This document shows positions 50,038 through 61,400 of a DNA stretch of 64,000 bases, piece after piece. The stretch spans positions 2,400,001 through 2,464,000 of the forward strand of contig OZ245033.1 of NCBI GenBank assembly GCA_965224025.1, read 5' to 3'. The notes below the pieces were generated by a model. It saw nothing but the letters and a program-made list of their open reading frames with translations. It made no database searches and was not told the origin of the DNA. How positions within the stretch are numbered: the first letter of the stretch is position 1; each line of letters starts with the position of its first letter. The translations under genes were made by a program, and so were the position numbers. This DNA comes from Candidatus Multivorans sp. Its GTDB lineage: Bacteria; Acidobacteriota; Thermoanaerobaculia; Multivoradales; Multivoraceae.

Positions 50038-51914
50038 CCGGATGCTCCCGCGAGCGGATCGCCGCTCACTTCTTCATGCCACAGGCGTTCGATGCCGGCG
50101 GCGGTCGGTTCGTGTGCGCACTTCACGTTGCCGGCGCCCGCGTCCCGGAGCGCCGCGGCCGTGGTCGCCCCGATCGCCCAGCAGCTTCCCGGCCAGTCCA
50201 GACCCGAGGCCACGAAGGCGGCGACGGCCGATGGCGCCGTGAAGAGTACGCGCGCCCGCTCCGCTTGCCAACCCTTGGGCCAGCCGAGGTCCGGCGCCGG
50301 GTTGACGGTGTACGCCTGCCAGGCGACGACTTCGCGGCCGCCGGCTTCGAGCGCTTCGACCAGGGTGCGGCCGCCCCGGGCCGAGTGCGGCACGAACAGC
50401 GGGCATCTCGGGTCGAGTACGCGCGCGGCGTAGTCGGCCAGACCGTTGCCGTCCGGGGCCCGTGCCGCCAGGTTCGGCGGCACGCCGGCCGCAAGCAGGG
50501 CGCGGGCCGTGCCCTCGCCGAGAGCGCACCAGGGCAGGCGTCCCCAGGTCGGGTCGTGCCCGGCGCGCTCGACGACCACGCGCGCGGCCGTGGGCGAGGA
50601 AATGAGCAGCCAGGGCCACTGCCGGCGTGGACGGTCCAGGTCGATGCGGTCGGCGGGCCAGGCCGCCTCGAAGACCTCGACCCGGGTCGCGGGCAGCGCG
50701 GCGGCGTGGACGTGTGGCTGTAGCCGGTGGGTGAGCCGGCGGACGGCGGGCGCGGCGGTGGTCACGATCAGGTCGGGTGTGGCGGCCGCCGGATGCGGGC
50801 TGGAAGCCCGTGTTGCCAGGGGCGTCTGCGGGCTGGAAGTCCGCGTCACCGGGGGAGGAGACGGCGTCGTCGCCGCGTCCGCCAGTCTTCGTTCGATCCG
50901 CTCGGCCAGGGAGATGAGGTCGACGCCGGTACCGGAAGAGTCGGCTGAGGCTCCGACGTGGACGTTCCGGGGCGGATCGCCGGCTCCGGCCGCCTCACGC
51001 CAGTCGTCCGGCGCGATCGCGGCATGGACCGCGTCGATCGGGGAGTGCTGGGACGTGTCGCTGCGGGCGTCCGCCCAGGCGCCGAACGGGCGCAGGCAGC
51101 CGCCGCCGAGCCGGCCCAGCAGGGAGCGCTCGGCGGTGACCGCGGCGCGGGTCGGGGGATGGTCGAGACGGGCCATGGCCGGGTGGCCGTCGAGGCGGCC
51201 GCCGCTCAGGATCTGCACCGCCAGGGCGCCCTGACCGGGAGCGCAGGGCCAGGATCGCAGGTCGAGGCGGAAGCCGCGCATCGTCGCCGCCCGTGACTCA
51301 AGTTCGCCGCTTCGCGCCAGCCGCACGATTCCGGCCTCGGCGGCGAGCAGGGCGTCGATCGCGCCGCTCTGGAGCCATTCGAGGCGGCGGCCAACGGAAC
51401 CGCGAACGGCGCAGCAGACGAGATCCGGCCGCAGAGCCAGTGCTCCGGCCTGGCGCCGCGGAGACGACGTGCCGAGCCGCGCCCCGGCCGGGAGGATGCC
51501 GAACGCCTCGTCCGCGGGCGCCGCGCGGCGGGCGGCGCCTTCGCCGTGGTGATCGAGCAGTTCATTTAGCGCCGTGGTTCCGGCGGCGTCCAGGCCGGGC
51601 GCGAGCAGCAGCAGATCGAACGGCCGCTCCCGCTCCGGCACGGCGGCGATCGTCAGCCCCGGCTCGTCATCGACCGGCAGGTCCTTCAGCGAGTGGACGA
51701 CCAGATCGACCGTGCCGCCGCGAAGGGCCGCGCTCAACTCGCCGGTGAACACGCCCTTGGCCTGCGCGAAGCTGCCGCCGAGGCTGCGGTCGCCCTGCGA
51801 CGACATGGCCTTGATGACCGCCTGGACGCCGAACTGCCGCAACTGTTCCGCAACCAGGCTCGCCTGGATCCGCGCGAGCGGCGTCGCCCGGGCGCCGATG
51901 ACGATCGGGGCCAT
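50034..51914 (-). CDS. hemC: Hydroxymethylbilane synthase fused to uroporphyrinogen-III synthase (HemC-HemD)
   Basis: [27 protein letters not shown]; C-terminal [14 protein letters not shown]. Confidence 0.88.
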   Translation of the reverse strand: MAPIVIGARATPLARIQASLVAEQLRQFGVQAVIKAMSSQGDRSLGGSFAQAKGVFTGELSAALRGGTVDLVVHSLKDLPVDDEPGLTIAAVPERERPFDLLLLAPGLDAAGTTALNELLDHHGEGAARRAAPADEAFGILPAGARLGTSSPRRQAGALALRPDLVCCAVRGSVGRRLEWLQSGAIDALLAAEAGIVRLARSGELESRAATMRGFRLDLRSWPCAPGQGALAVQILSGGRLDGHPAMARLDHPPTRAAVTAERSLLGRLGGGCLRPFGAWADARSDTSQHSPIDAVHAAIAPDDWREAAGAGDPPRNVHVGASADSSGTGVDLISLAERIERRLADAATTPSPPPVTRTSSPQTPLATRASSPHPAAATPDLIVTTAAPAVRRLTHRLQPHVHAAALPATRVEVFEAAWPADRIDLDRPRRQWPWLLISSPTAARVVVERAGHDPTWGRLPWCALGEGTARALLAAGVPPNLAARAPDGNGLADYAARVLDPRCPLFVPHSARGGRTLVEALEAGGREVVAWQAYTVNPAPDLGWPKGWQAERARVLFTAPSAVAAFVASGLDWPGSCWAIGATTAAALRDAGAGNVKCAHEPTAAGIERLWHEEVSGDPLAGASG

Positions 51915-52075
51915 GAGCAGAGGATACGCCCCTTCGTCAGTCCGTCGCGCCCCTACCGGATGCGCCGGCCTTCTGGCCGCCATCCGCCCGTCCGGGAAGG
52001 GAGGGCTTGCCGTTGCACTAGAGTTGCCGGCGTCGGTTAGCCGCTCGTCGCGCCGAATCCGTGGAGGTCCAAGCC

Positions 52076-53905
52076 ATGCTGTTGTCCTTGCTCCGTTTCC
52101 GTACCTCGCATCTCCCGTTGCCGGCCGCCGCCGCTTCGGCCTTCCTTCTTCTGGCTGGCTGCGCCGGCGAGCCCCGCCCCTCGGCGGCCGAGTTCACCGA
52201 CGCCGCCGACGAAGCCGTCCTCGGCAACAGCTACAACCTGAGCCGGGCCCAGTGGGTGCAGGCGACTTACATCAACGACGACACGAACGCGTTGGCGGCC
52301 CGCGCCAGCGCCGCCTTCCTGGGCCGGATGGTCGAGTTGGCGAAGGAGGCGGCGACCTACGATGCCGAGGGCGAAGCCGAGGACACAGCACGCAAGCTGG
52401 GGCTGCTGCGGAGCGGCCTGACCCTGGCGGCGCCGGCCGACGAGGCGAAGCTGACCGAGCTGACCGAGATCACGACCCGGATGGAAGCAACCTACGGCTC
52501 GAGCAAGCACTGCCCGGACGGTCCGAACACGGACACCTGCCGTTCCCTGGGCGACCTGGAGGACGTGATCGACAACAGTCGTGACGCCGGCGCGCTGCTC
52601 GACGCCTGGGAGGGTTGGCGCACGATCTCACCGCCGATGCGCGCCGACTACCAGCGCTTCGTCGAGCTCTCGAACGAGGGTGCGCAGAGCCTCGGGTTCG
52701 CCGACAGCGGCGCCATGTGGCGGTCGAAGTACGACCTGCCGCCGGAGGACTTCGCCGCCGAGGTCGACCGCCTCTGGAGCCAGGTCAAGCCGCTCTACGA
52801 CGACCTGCAGTGCCACGTCCGGGCGGAGCTTTCGGATCACTACGGAGCGGACGTCGTGGACCCGGCCGGCCCGATCCCGGCGCACGTCCTGGGCAACATG
52901 TGGGCGCAGACGTGGTCGAACGTCTACGACCTGGTGGCGCCGCCGGCGGCGGACCCCGGCTACGACCTGACCGAGATCCTCAAGAGCCGGGGCGCCTCCG
53001 AGATCGAGATGGTCGAGATGGCCGAGGGCTTCTTCACCTCGCTGGGGATGGAGTCGCTGCCGGACACGTTCTGGGAGCGCTCGCAGTTCGTCAAGCCGCG
53101 GGACCGCGAGGTCGTCTGTCACGCCAGCGCCTGGCAGCTCGACCTTGACGAGGACGTCCGGATCAAGATGTGCATCGACATCAACGCCGAGGACTTCTCG
53201 ACCATCCACCACGAACTGGGCCACAACTACTACCAGCTCGGCTACCGCGACCAGGCGCCGCTGTTCCGGGACAGCGCCAACGACGGCTTTCACGAGGCGC
53301 TCGGAGACACGATCGCCCTCTCGGTGACGCCGGGTTACCTGGTCGACATCGGACTGCTGGACGAAGCGCCGTCGGCGGACGCGGACCTGGGGCTGCTGAT
53401 GCAGATGGCGCTCGACAAGGTGGCCTTCCTCCCCTTCGGCCTGCTGATCGATCGCTGGCGCTGGGCCGTCTTCTCGGGCGCGACGCCGCCGGAGGAGTAC
53501 AACGCAGCCTGGTGGCGTCTTCGGGAGCAGTACCAGGGCGTCGCGGCGCCGAGCGAACGGACCGAGGAGCACTTCGATCCGGGGGCCAAGTACCACGTTC
53601 CGGGCAACACCCCTTACACCCGCTACTTCCTGGCGCACATCCTCCAGTTCCAGTTGCACCGCGACCTGTGCGCGGCGATCGGCTACGAGGGGCCGCTGCA
53701 TCGCTGCTCGATATACGGCAACGAGGAGGCCGGAAGGCGTCTGAGTGAGATGATGGCGATGGGCCTGAGCCGCCCGTGGCCGGATGCGCTGGAGGCGGCC
53801 ACCGGCAGCCGCGAGATGGACGCGATGGCGATCCTCGACTACTTCGCCCCGCTCGCCGGGTGGCTGAAGGAGCAGAACGAGGGCCGGACCTGCGGCTGGA
53901 GTTGA
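52076..53905 (+). CDS. M2 family metallopeptidase (ACE-like peptidyl-dipeptidase), lipoprotein
   Basis: LLAGC lipobox; GNMWAQ, CHASAW, HHELGH, GFHEALGD, FDPGAKYHV. Confidence 0.93.
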   Translation: MLLSLLRFRTSHLPLPAAAASAFLLLAGCAGEPRPSAAEFTDAADEAVLGNSYNLSRAQWVQATYINDDTNALAARASAAFLGRMVELAKEAATYDAEGEAEDTARKLGLLRSGLTLAAPADEAKLTELTEITTRMEATYGSSKHCPDGPNTDTCRSLGDLEDVIDNSRDAGALLDAWEGWRTISPPMRADYQRFVELSNEGAQSLGFADSGAMWRSKYDLPPEDFAAEVDRLWSQVKPLYDDLQCHVRAELSDHYGADVVDPAGPIPAHVLGNMWAQTWSNVYDLVAPPAADPGYDLTEILKSRGASEIEMVEMAEGFFTSLGMESLPDTFWERSQFVKPRDREVVCHASAWQLDLDEDVRIKMCIDINAEDFSTIHHELGHNYYQLGYRDQAPLFRDSANDGFHEALGDTIALSVTPGYLVDIGLLDEAPSADADLGLLMQMALDKVAFLPFGLLIDRWRWAVFSGATPPEEYNAAWWRLREQYQGVAAPSERTEEHFDPGAKYHVPGNTPYTRYFLAHILQFQLHRDLCAAIGYEGPLHRCSIYGNEEAGRRLSEMMAMGLSRPWPDALEAATGSREMDAMAILDYFAPLAGWLKEQNEGRTCGWS

Positions 53906-53919
53906 CAGTCCGTGGATTC

Positions 53920-53950
53920 CTGGGAACGCGGGCATCCTGCCCGCATCCGG
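53920..53950 (+). repeat. Short REP-like palindrome
   Basis: ctgggaacgcgggcatcctgcccgcatccgg. Confidence 0.82.
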
Positions 53951-53970
53951 GTTCACCGTATGAGGCCCCC

Positions 53971-54771
53971 ATGCTGATTGCCACCTGGAACATCAACGGC
54001 CTGGGCGCGCGCTTCGACTTCCTCGTCCACTGGCTCAAGGCGCGGCGGCCGGACGTCGTCGGCCTCCAGGAACTGAAGGCGACGGCGGATCGCTTCCCCC
54101 GGCAAGCGCTCGAGGAACTCGGCTATCGGTCTGCGGTGTGCGGTCAGAAGGCGTGGAACGGCGTCGCCGTGCTCTCGCGCCATCCGATCGAAGAGGTGCA
54201 AGCGGGCCTGCCGGGCGAGGAGGGGGCGGGCGCCCGCCTGACGCGGGTGCGGACCGCGGGGCTCGATTTCACGACCGTCTACTGCCCGAACGGCAAGGAC
54301 ATAGATCACCTGGACTATCCCCGCAAGCTGGCGTGGTTCGAGTCGCTTCGCGACTACCTCGACGGTTCGCTCGGCGCCGATGAGCCGGCGGTTCTCTGCG
54401 GCGACTTCAACATCGCACCGACCCGCCTCGACACCCACGACGAGGACCGTCTGGCCGGCGGCATCCACCACACAGAGGCGGAGCGGGCGCGGTACCGGGC
54501 GCTGCTGGACCTTGGGTTCGTCGACCTGTTTCGGGAACTCCATCCGGACACGGTCAAGTTCTCGTGGTGGGACTACCGCTTCGGCGCCTTCCACCGCAAC
54601 CTCGGCCTGCGGATCGACTTCCTGCTGGCGACGGAAGCGGTCCGGGCCCGGGTGGAACACGTCGAGACCGACCGCGACTACCGCAAGAAGAAGGAAGGCC
54701 TGATCGCCTCGGACCACGCACCGGTGATGGCCAGACTGACTTCGTCGCCCGGTTGCGACACCCCGGGGTGA
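53971..54771 (+). CDS. xth: Exodeoxyribonuclease III
   Basis: IATWNING, LQELK, GDFNIA, SWWDYR, GLRID, SDHAPV. Confidence 0.93.
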   Translation: MLIATWNINGLGARFDFLVHWLKARRPDVVGLQELKATADRFPRQALEELGYRSAVCGQKAWNGVAVLSRHPIEEVQAGLPGEEGAGARLTRVRTAGLDFTTVYCPNGKDIDHLDYPRKLAWFESLRDYLDGSLGADEPAVLCGDFNIAPTRLDTHDEDRLAGGIHHTEAERARYRALLDLGFVDLFRELHPDTVKFSWWDYRFGAFHRNLGLRIDFLLATEAVRARVEHVETDRDYRKKKEGLIASDHAPVMARLTSSPGCDTPG

Positions 54772-54822
54772 CCGGAACAGGCCTCCCCTTGTCCGGAAGG
54801 GGATCGGGTCGTAGTCGCTAGA

Positions 54823-55479
54823 ATGGTCGATATGAAACACGCGATTGATCTCATGACGGCGCAGAGTCGCTTCACCCGACGTGCGGCGGTGCCGCTGGGT
54901 GTCGTGCTGGCCTTGACTTTCGCTGCCCTTCTTCAGCCAGGGTCGCAGGCGGTTGCGCAGGCCGTCGAAGTCGAGGACCAGAAAGAAGAAGGCCCCAGGA
55001 AGAGGACCGGCACCAGCCGGCCCACGCCGCCTGAAGGTCAGGTGTACATGTGGAAGGACGGCGATCGCAGTTTGAGAGCCTTCCTTCAGGCGGACCTGAT
55101 TGTGTCGAAGGAGGGCGCCGTCTCACCCGTGGGGATCCCGGTCGCGAGAACGCCAGAGGGGAGGATCGTCCGGGTATCCAGCGCGAGCCAGGTCGAAGGG
55201 CAGCCGGTGTTCAGGTCGTCCTCCGGCGCCCTGATGACGCTGCCTGGGGGCGTCCTGCTGGTCTTCGATTCGGATTGGGGCGAAGCTGAAGCGGACTCCT
55301 TCTTCGCGGCCAATGGCATCGGGACAGACCGACTCTCGGCGCTCGGCGCCATCCCGAACGGCTTCGTCGTGGCGACCGAACCCGGTTTCGCTTCCATGGA
55401 GCTTGCGAACGCTCTTGCGGGACAGGACGGCGTCAGGCTGTCCAGCCCCAACTGGTGGAGAGAGCGCACGCCGCGGTAA
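54823..55479 (+). CDS. Secreted protein resembling a free-standing subtilase prodomain / external chaperone
   Basis: Signal peptide; GGVLLVF..ANALAGQDGVRLSSPNWWRERTPR; 20 nt upstream of the S8 protease gene; start uncertain. Confidence 0.65.
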   Translation: MVDMKHAIDLMTAQSRFTRRAAVPLGVVLALTFAALLQPGSQAVAQAVEVEDQKEEGPRKRTGTSRPTPPEGQVYMWKDGDRSLRAFLQADLIVSKEGAVSPVGIPVARTPEGRIVRVSSASQVEGQPVFRSSSGALMTLPGGVLLVFDSDWGEAEADSFFAANGIGTDRLSALGAIPNGFVVATEPGFASMELANALAGQDGVRLSSPNWWRERTPR

Positions 55480-55499
55480 CGCCGCTTGCTGAGGGTCAG

Positions 55500-58400
55500 A
55501 TGTTCCAATCCGCGTCCGTGAGGCGGCTACGGCAGGCGCTGTTGCTTGCCGCTGTTGCCGCCGGTTTGCTTCTGCCCGATCCGGCAAGGGCCCAGGACAC
55601 GTCACTGACCCCCTCTCCGGACGATCCGGATGTGGCTGTCCGTTCCGAAGCCCTCTACGACATCACGTTCACCGGCGCGTGGACGACCACCGTGACGCCG
55701 GGCGGACTTCCCGGAGGCGCGCACTTCTCGCGCCTGATCGGCGGTGTTCATAACGACGAGGTGACTTTCCTCAAGGGCGGCGAAGAGGCGTCCGCCGGAG
55801 TGGAGTCGATGGCCGAGCTAGGCGGCTACTCGACTCTGAGGAACGAAATCAACGCGGCCGGCGCCGACCGGCTGAGCACTATCCAAGGCACGAGCGACTT
55901 CATCAGCCCAACGGCGACGGTAACCTTCGACGAGGTCACGTTGACCACCGATCACCCCCGCGTCACGCTGGTGACGATGATCGCCCCCAGCCCGGATTGG
56001 TTCGTGGGCGTTTCCAGTCTGACGCTGCTCGGCAGCTCCGGCGACTGGAAGGACTCGGTGTCGGTAGACCTCTATCCCTGGGACGCCGGAACCGAGGACG
56101 GCACGGAGTTCTCGTTGAGCAACGACGCGACGGATCCGCAAGGCGTCATCACGAGCCTTCAGGGTATCGGAAAGTTCAACAGCAACAAGATTGCAACGCT
56201 GGAGATCACACTGAAGTCGACTGTGACCGCGGCGCCGACGATCAGCGCCGTTCACCCGGGCGACGAAGCCCTGACTGTCCTCTGGACTGCGCCCTCGGGC
56301 GTCACGGACATCACCGCCTACGACCTGCGGTACATCCTGACCAGCGCCGACGAGACCGTCGACTCGAACTGGACGGTGGTGGAGGACATCTGGACCGAGG
56401 GGTTGCTGCGGCACGTGCTCACCGGGTTGACCGACGGCTCCGGTTACGACGTTCAGGTGCGCGCGGTGACCAACACCGACGGCATGTGGTCAGCGACCGT
56501 CACGGGGACGCCGACCGAGCCGGGCAACACGTTCGGCACGGCCCTCACGCTCCCTCTTGACCTTCCGCTTGGTGGTGACATCGACGTGCCGAACGACCTG
56601 GACATCTTCGAGTTCACGTTGACGGGAGAAACCGGAGTGATCCTTTTGGCTCTCGGTGACATCGACACCGTGGCCGTGCTGTACGACGAGGATGGCAATT
56701 TCCTTGACGCGAATGATGACGGTGGCCGAGTGGGCGAGCCGCTGAACTTCCTGATCTGGGAGACCCTTGGGGCCGGGACCTACTACCTTGAGGTCTCGAC
56801 ACGTCTCTTCTCGTTCGACACCGGGCCCTACCAGGTCCGCGTCAATACGATCGTGGACACCACCGGCCTCAGCGACGCGAAAGAAGTCGAAGTCGGCAGC
56901 TTCGAGAACGGTCTGATCGACCCGGAGGAAGACGAGGACTACTTCCGGTTCACTCTCACCGAGGAGACCGACGTCATCCTCCGTTCGGGCCCGCCGGTCG
57001 CCGACACCGTCGGTGAACTCCTCAACAACAGTGGAACGTCGATCACGGAGAACGACGACGGATTCGTGCTTGGCCGCCCCGCTCAGTTTCTGATTCGCAG
57101 GAAGCTGGCGGCGGGCACCTACTACGTCAAGGTCAAGGCGTTCTCGGAAAAAGTGACGGGGCTGTACTCCTTCCACGTCGAGACGGTGACCGAGCCGGGA
57201 AGCACGATCGCAGACGCCGCTTCGCTGGAATTCCGTGAAATCGGGGCGGGGAGAATCGACCCGTCGACCGACGCCGACTACTTCAAGATCGTGCTATCCG
57301 AGGCGACCCATGTGTTTGGCCGGGCCGTGAGCAATACGGTGGACATCGACGGGGCGCTGCTCGACGGCAACGGTGACGCCGTCACGGCGAACGTCTTCGA
57401 GCAGGACTTCCGGTCCGACGGTCCCATGGGCTTCACGTTGGCCGATCGGCTGGACGCGGGAATCCACTACATCAAGGTGACTCGGTCCGGCGGCGACAAC
57501 ACCGGCGGCTACTCGATTCGGATGACCGAAGACGAGGACATGAATCAGTTCGTCGCCGATTGCTCCGCCCTGCCCGCTCCGTTCAGCGATCCCCTGTCCG
57601 GGTGTCAGTGGAACCTGAAGAACACCGGGCAGCTCGGCGGCACGTCGGGGCAGGACATCCGGGTGGAGGACGTCTGGACGGACGGCAACATGGGCGCCGG
57701 CATAGGTGTAGCGGTGGTCGACGTCGGACTGCACGAAGCTCACCCCGACCTGATCGACAACGTGGATACGGCCCGCGGCCACGACTACACTAACAATGGG
57801 GACGGCCTGCTCTACCCGTTCAACTCCCACGGTACGTCGGTGGCCGGCGTCATCGCGGCGCGGGACAACGACCTCGGGGGCCGGGGCGTCGCGCCGCGCG
57901 CGAGGGTCTACGGATACAACCTTCTGCGGTCCGGGAGCTACGAGAAGGAGGTTGACGCGATGACCCGCAACATGGCGACGACGGGGGCGTCGAGCAACAG
58001 TTGGGGGGCCTTGGAGGGACCGGGCCTGGACCCGGCCGCGGAAACCTGGGAGATGGCCATCGACACCGGAGTCGAAACCGGATACGGCGGCAAGGGTGTC
58101 GTCTACGTCTGGTCCGCGGGAAACGGTGCACCCGACGACAACGCGAACTTCGACGGGTACGTGAACTACTACGGCGTCACCGCGGTCTGCGCCGTGAACG
58201 ACCGGGGCCAGAGGTCGGCGTACTCGGAGTTGGGAGCCACTCTATGGATCTGCGCTCCGTCGAATGGGGGGAGCGCCGGCATCTTGGCCACCTACAACTA
58301 CGGTCGTTACGGTGACAGCTTCGGAGGCACTTCCGCCGCGGCGCCGACCGTCTCCGGCGTCGTTGCTCTGGTGCGCGCCGCCAACACGGCGCTGACTTGG

Positions 58401-61400
58401 CGGGACGTGAAGCTGATCCTGGCGGCTTCGGCCCGAAAGAACGACACCTCCAATAGCGGTTGGCGCACCGGGGCCTCGAAGTACGGCGCCACGGGAAGGT
58501 ACAACTTCAACCACGAGTACGGCTTCGGGGTCGTGGACGCGAAGGCCGCGGTGGCCCTCGCTTCCGGCTGGAAGATCCTCTCACCCTTCATCGAGACCGA
58601 TCCGGTGGAGGCGACGCCGGACCTGGGCATCCCGGACGCGACGACCTCCGACCCCGGCGCGACGGTCATGAGCACCGTCACTATAGGCACGGAGGTCGAG
58701 TTCATCGAGTTCGTCGAAATCGTGGCCGATTTCGAGGCGCCGGCGTTCAGGGACCTGCGGGTGGAACTCGTCTCGCCGTCCAACACGGTGTCGACGCTGG
58801 CTGTTCCATCCGGTGCCTTGGATGAGGACGGGAACACCTTCGGGATCGACCCCGACTTCCGATTCGGGTCGGCAAGGCATCTGGGCGAGGACCCCGCCGG
58901 AACCTGGACGCTGCGCGTCACCGACCACGCGACGGAAGACACCGCGACGCTCAAGTCGTGGAGCCTCAAGATCTTCGGCCACCGATCGACGCCCGGCGCC
59001 CCGGCCGTTCCCATCGCGACACCGGGTCAGCGGGCTCTGACCGTCTTCTGGTCGGCGCCCTCGACCATCGGCGCGTCCGAGGTCACCACCTACGACGTGC
59101 GCTACATCCTGAGCGACGCCGCGGACAAGGCGGACAACCGCTGGACGGAGGAGACGGGCGTTTGGACGTCGGGTTCGCTGAGTCACACGGTGACTGGTCT
59201 GCTGGACGATACGAAGTACGACCTTCAGCTCCGCGGAGTGAATGCCAAGGGCGGGGGAGCCTGGTCGGAATCGGTTTCCGTTGAGACCCTGCCTAACCGG
59301 CCGCCGGTAGCCGTCGGTTCGCTGGTGGGGCCGGACCTGCAGGTTGGCGACGGCAGCGAGGACTTGGACGTGTCCGGGGCTTTCGAGGATCCCGACGACG
59401 ACACGTTGACGTACGACGCGTCTTCGTCGGCGCCGGCGGTGGCGGAGGCCGGGATATCGGGGGACCGGGTCACCCTGACCCCTGTGGCGCGGGGGACTGC
59501 GACGATCATGGTGACGGCGACCGATGTGACCGGCTCGAACATGGCGGCGACGCAGCGTTTCGATGTGAGGGTGAAGGGAAGGCGCGGCGTGACGATCTCG
59601 GAGGACGCGTTGATGGTCGACGAGGGGTCGTCAGAGACCTACACCGTGGTGCTGGACTCTGAGCCGACGGGCCCCGTCACCGTGACGCCGTCTGTCCCAG
59701 CCAACCGCGATCTGTCGGTGGATCCGACGGAACTCGAGTTCACGACGGGGAACTGGCAGATCGAGAGGTTCGTGACCGTGGAAGCGGCGACGGACGCCAA
59801 TACGAACTCCGAGCCGCCAGTCGCGATCAGCCACCGGGTGAGCGGCGCCGACTACGGCTCGGTCACGGCGCCATCCGTGCGGGTGACGATCGTGGAGACG
59901 GACACGTCGACGCTGTCGGTCGAGGGGGCGGAGGCGTCCGAGAGCGGGGGCACAGTAACGTTCGAGGTGACGCTGAGCAAGGCGGGCACCTCGGAGATCA
60001 CGGTGGACTACAGGACCTCCGACGGTTCAGCGCGGGCGGGTACGGACTACACGGCGGCGAACGGCACGCTGACTTTTCCGGTGAGTTCGATGGCGTCGCA
60101 GCAGATCGTCGTGGACATCACGAACGACACGGAGGACGAGGCAGAGGAGGAGTCCTTCCGGCTAACGCTCCGCAATGCGCAGCACGCGTCGCTCGCCGGC
60201 GGCGGTTCGACGCTGCAGGTGACGGGAACGATTCGTGACGACGACGATCCGGAAGTCGAGGTGTCGTTCGGTTCGGCAAGTTACGGCGTGACGGAAGGCC
60301 GGGCGGTGACGGTGGTCGTGCGTCTGAACCGCGATCCGGAGCGGGATCTGGATATCGACCTCGACCGCACGCACCACGGCGACGCCACGGATGCGGACTA
60401 CTCGGGTGTGCCATCGAGCGTGGCCTTCGGGCCGGACGTGAGGACCCAGGAGTTCCTTTTTATGGCGACGGACGACACCGTGGACGACGACGGCGAGGCG
60501 GTGGTGCTGAGCTTCGGCTCACTGCCGTCTCGTGTGACCGCGGGCGGCAGCGGCGAGACGACGGTGGCGATCCAGGACAACGACGGCGGCCTGCCGGTGC
60601 CTCCTCCGCCCCCACCACCACCACCACCACCACCACCGCCACCACCGCCACCACCGCCACCACCGCCACCGCCGCCACCACCGCCACCACCGCCACCACC
60701 ACCACCGCCCCCGCCACCGCCACCGCCACCTCCGCCACCGCCACCGCCCCCGCCACCGCCCCCGCCACCGCCGCCAGAGGTGTCGGTCACGGCGGCGTCG
60801 GCCTCGGAGAGTGCCGGCGCGATGGTCTTCGATGTCCGTTTGAGTGCGTCCAGCAGTTCCGCGGTGACGGTGGACTACGCCACTGGGGACGGCCCTGGCG
60901 CCGCGGGAGCGAAAGCAGGTTCGGACTACACGGAGACGCAGGGCAGCCTGAGATTCCCCGCCGGTTCTTCAGCGCGGCAGATTCGTGTCCCGGTCACGGC
61001 CGACGGAGAGGATGAGGAGGAAGTGGAGACCTTCACGTTGACGCTTCGCAATCCGGTCAACGCGACCCTGGCCGGCGGTGGATCGGCGCTGCAGGTTGTG
61101 GGGGCGATCCTCGATGACGACGACCCGGAGGTCGTGGTGTCGTTCGGTTCGTCGAGCTACGCGGCGCCGGAGGGCGGGACGGTTGAGGTGACGGTCGTTC
61201 TGAGCGGTGATCCGGAGCGGGAAGTGTCGATTCCTTTGGTTCGGACCCACGGTGGCGGCGCGTCGGAGTCGGACTATTCGGGCGTGCCTGAGCGGGTGAC
61301 GTTCAGCAGCGGCGTGACGACGCAGACCTTCGAGTTCACGGCCGCGGACGACAGCGAGGCGGACTTCGGCGAATCGGTGGTTCTTGGTTTTGGCGTTTTG

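Noticed and set aside
60398-60790. Minus-strand poly-Gly and Val/Ala-rich ORFs
   Set aside because: Antisense shadows of the poly-Pro tract in the large protease gene
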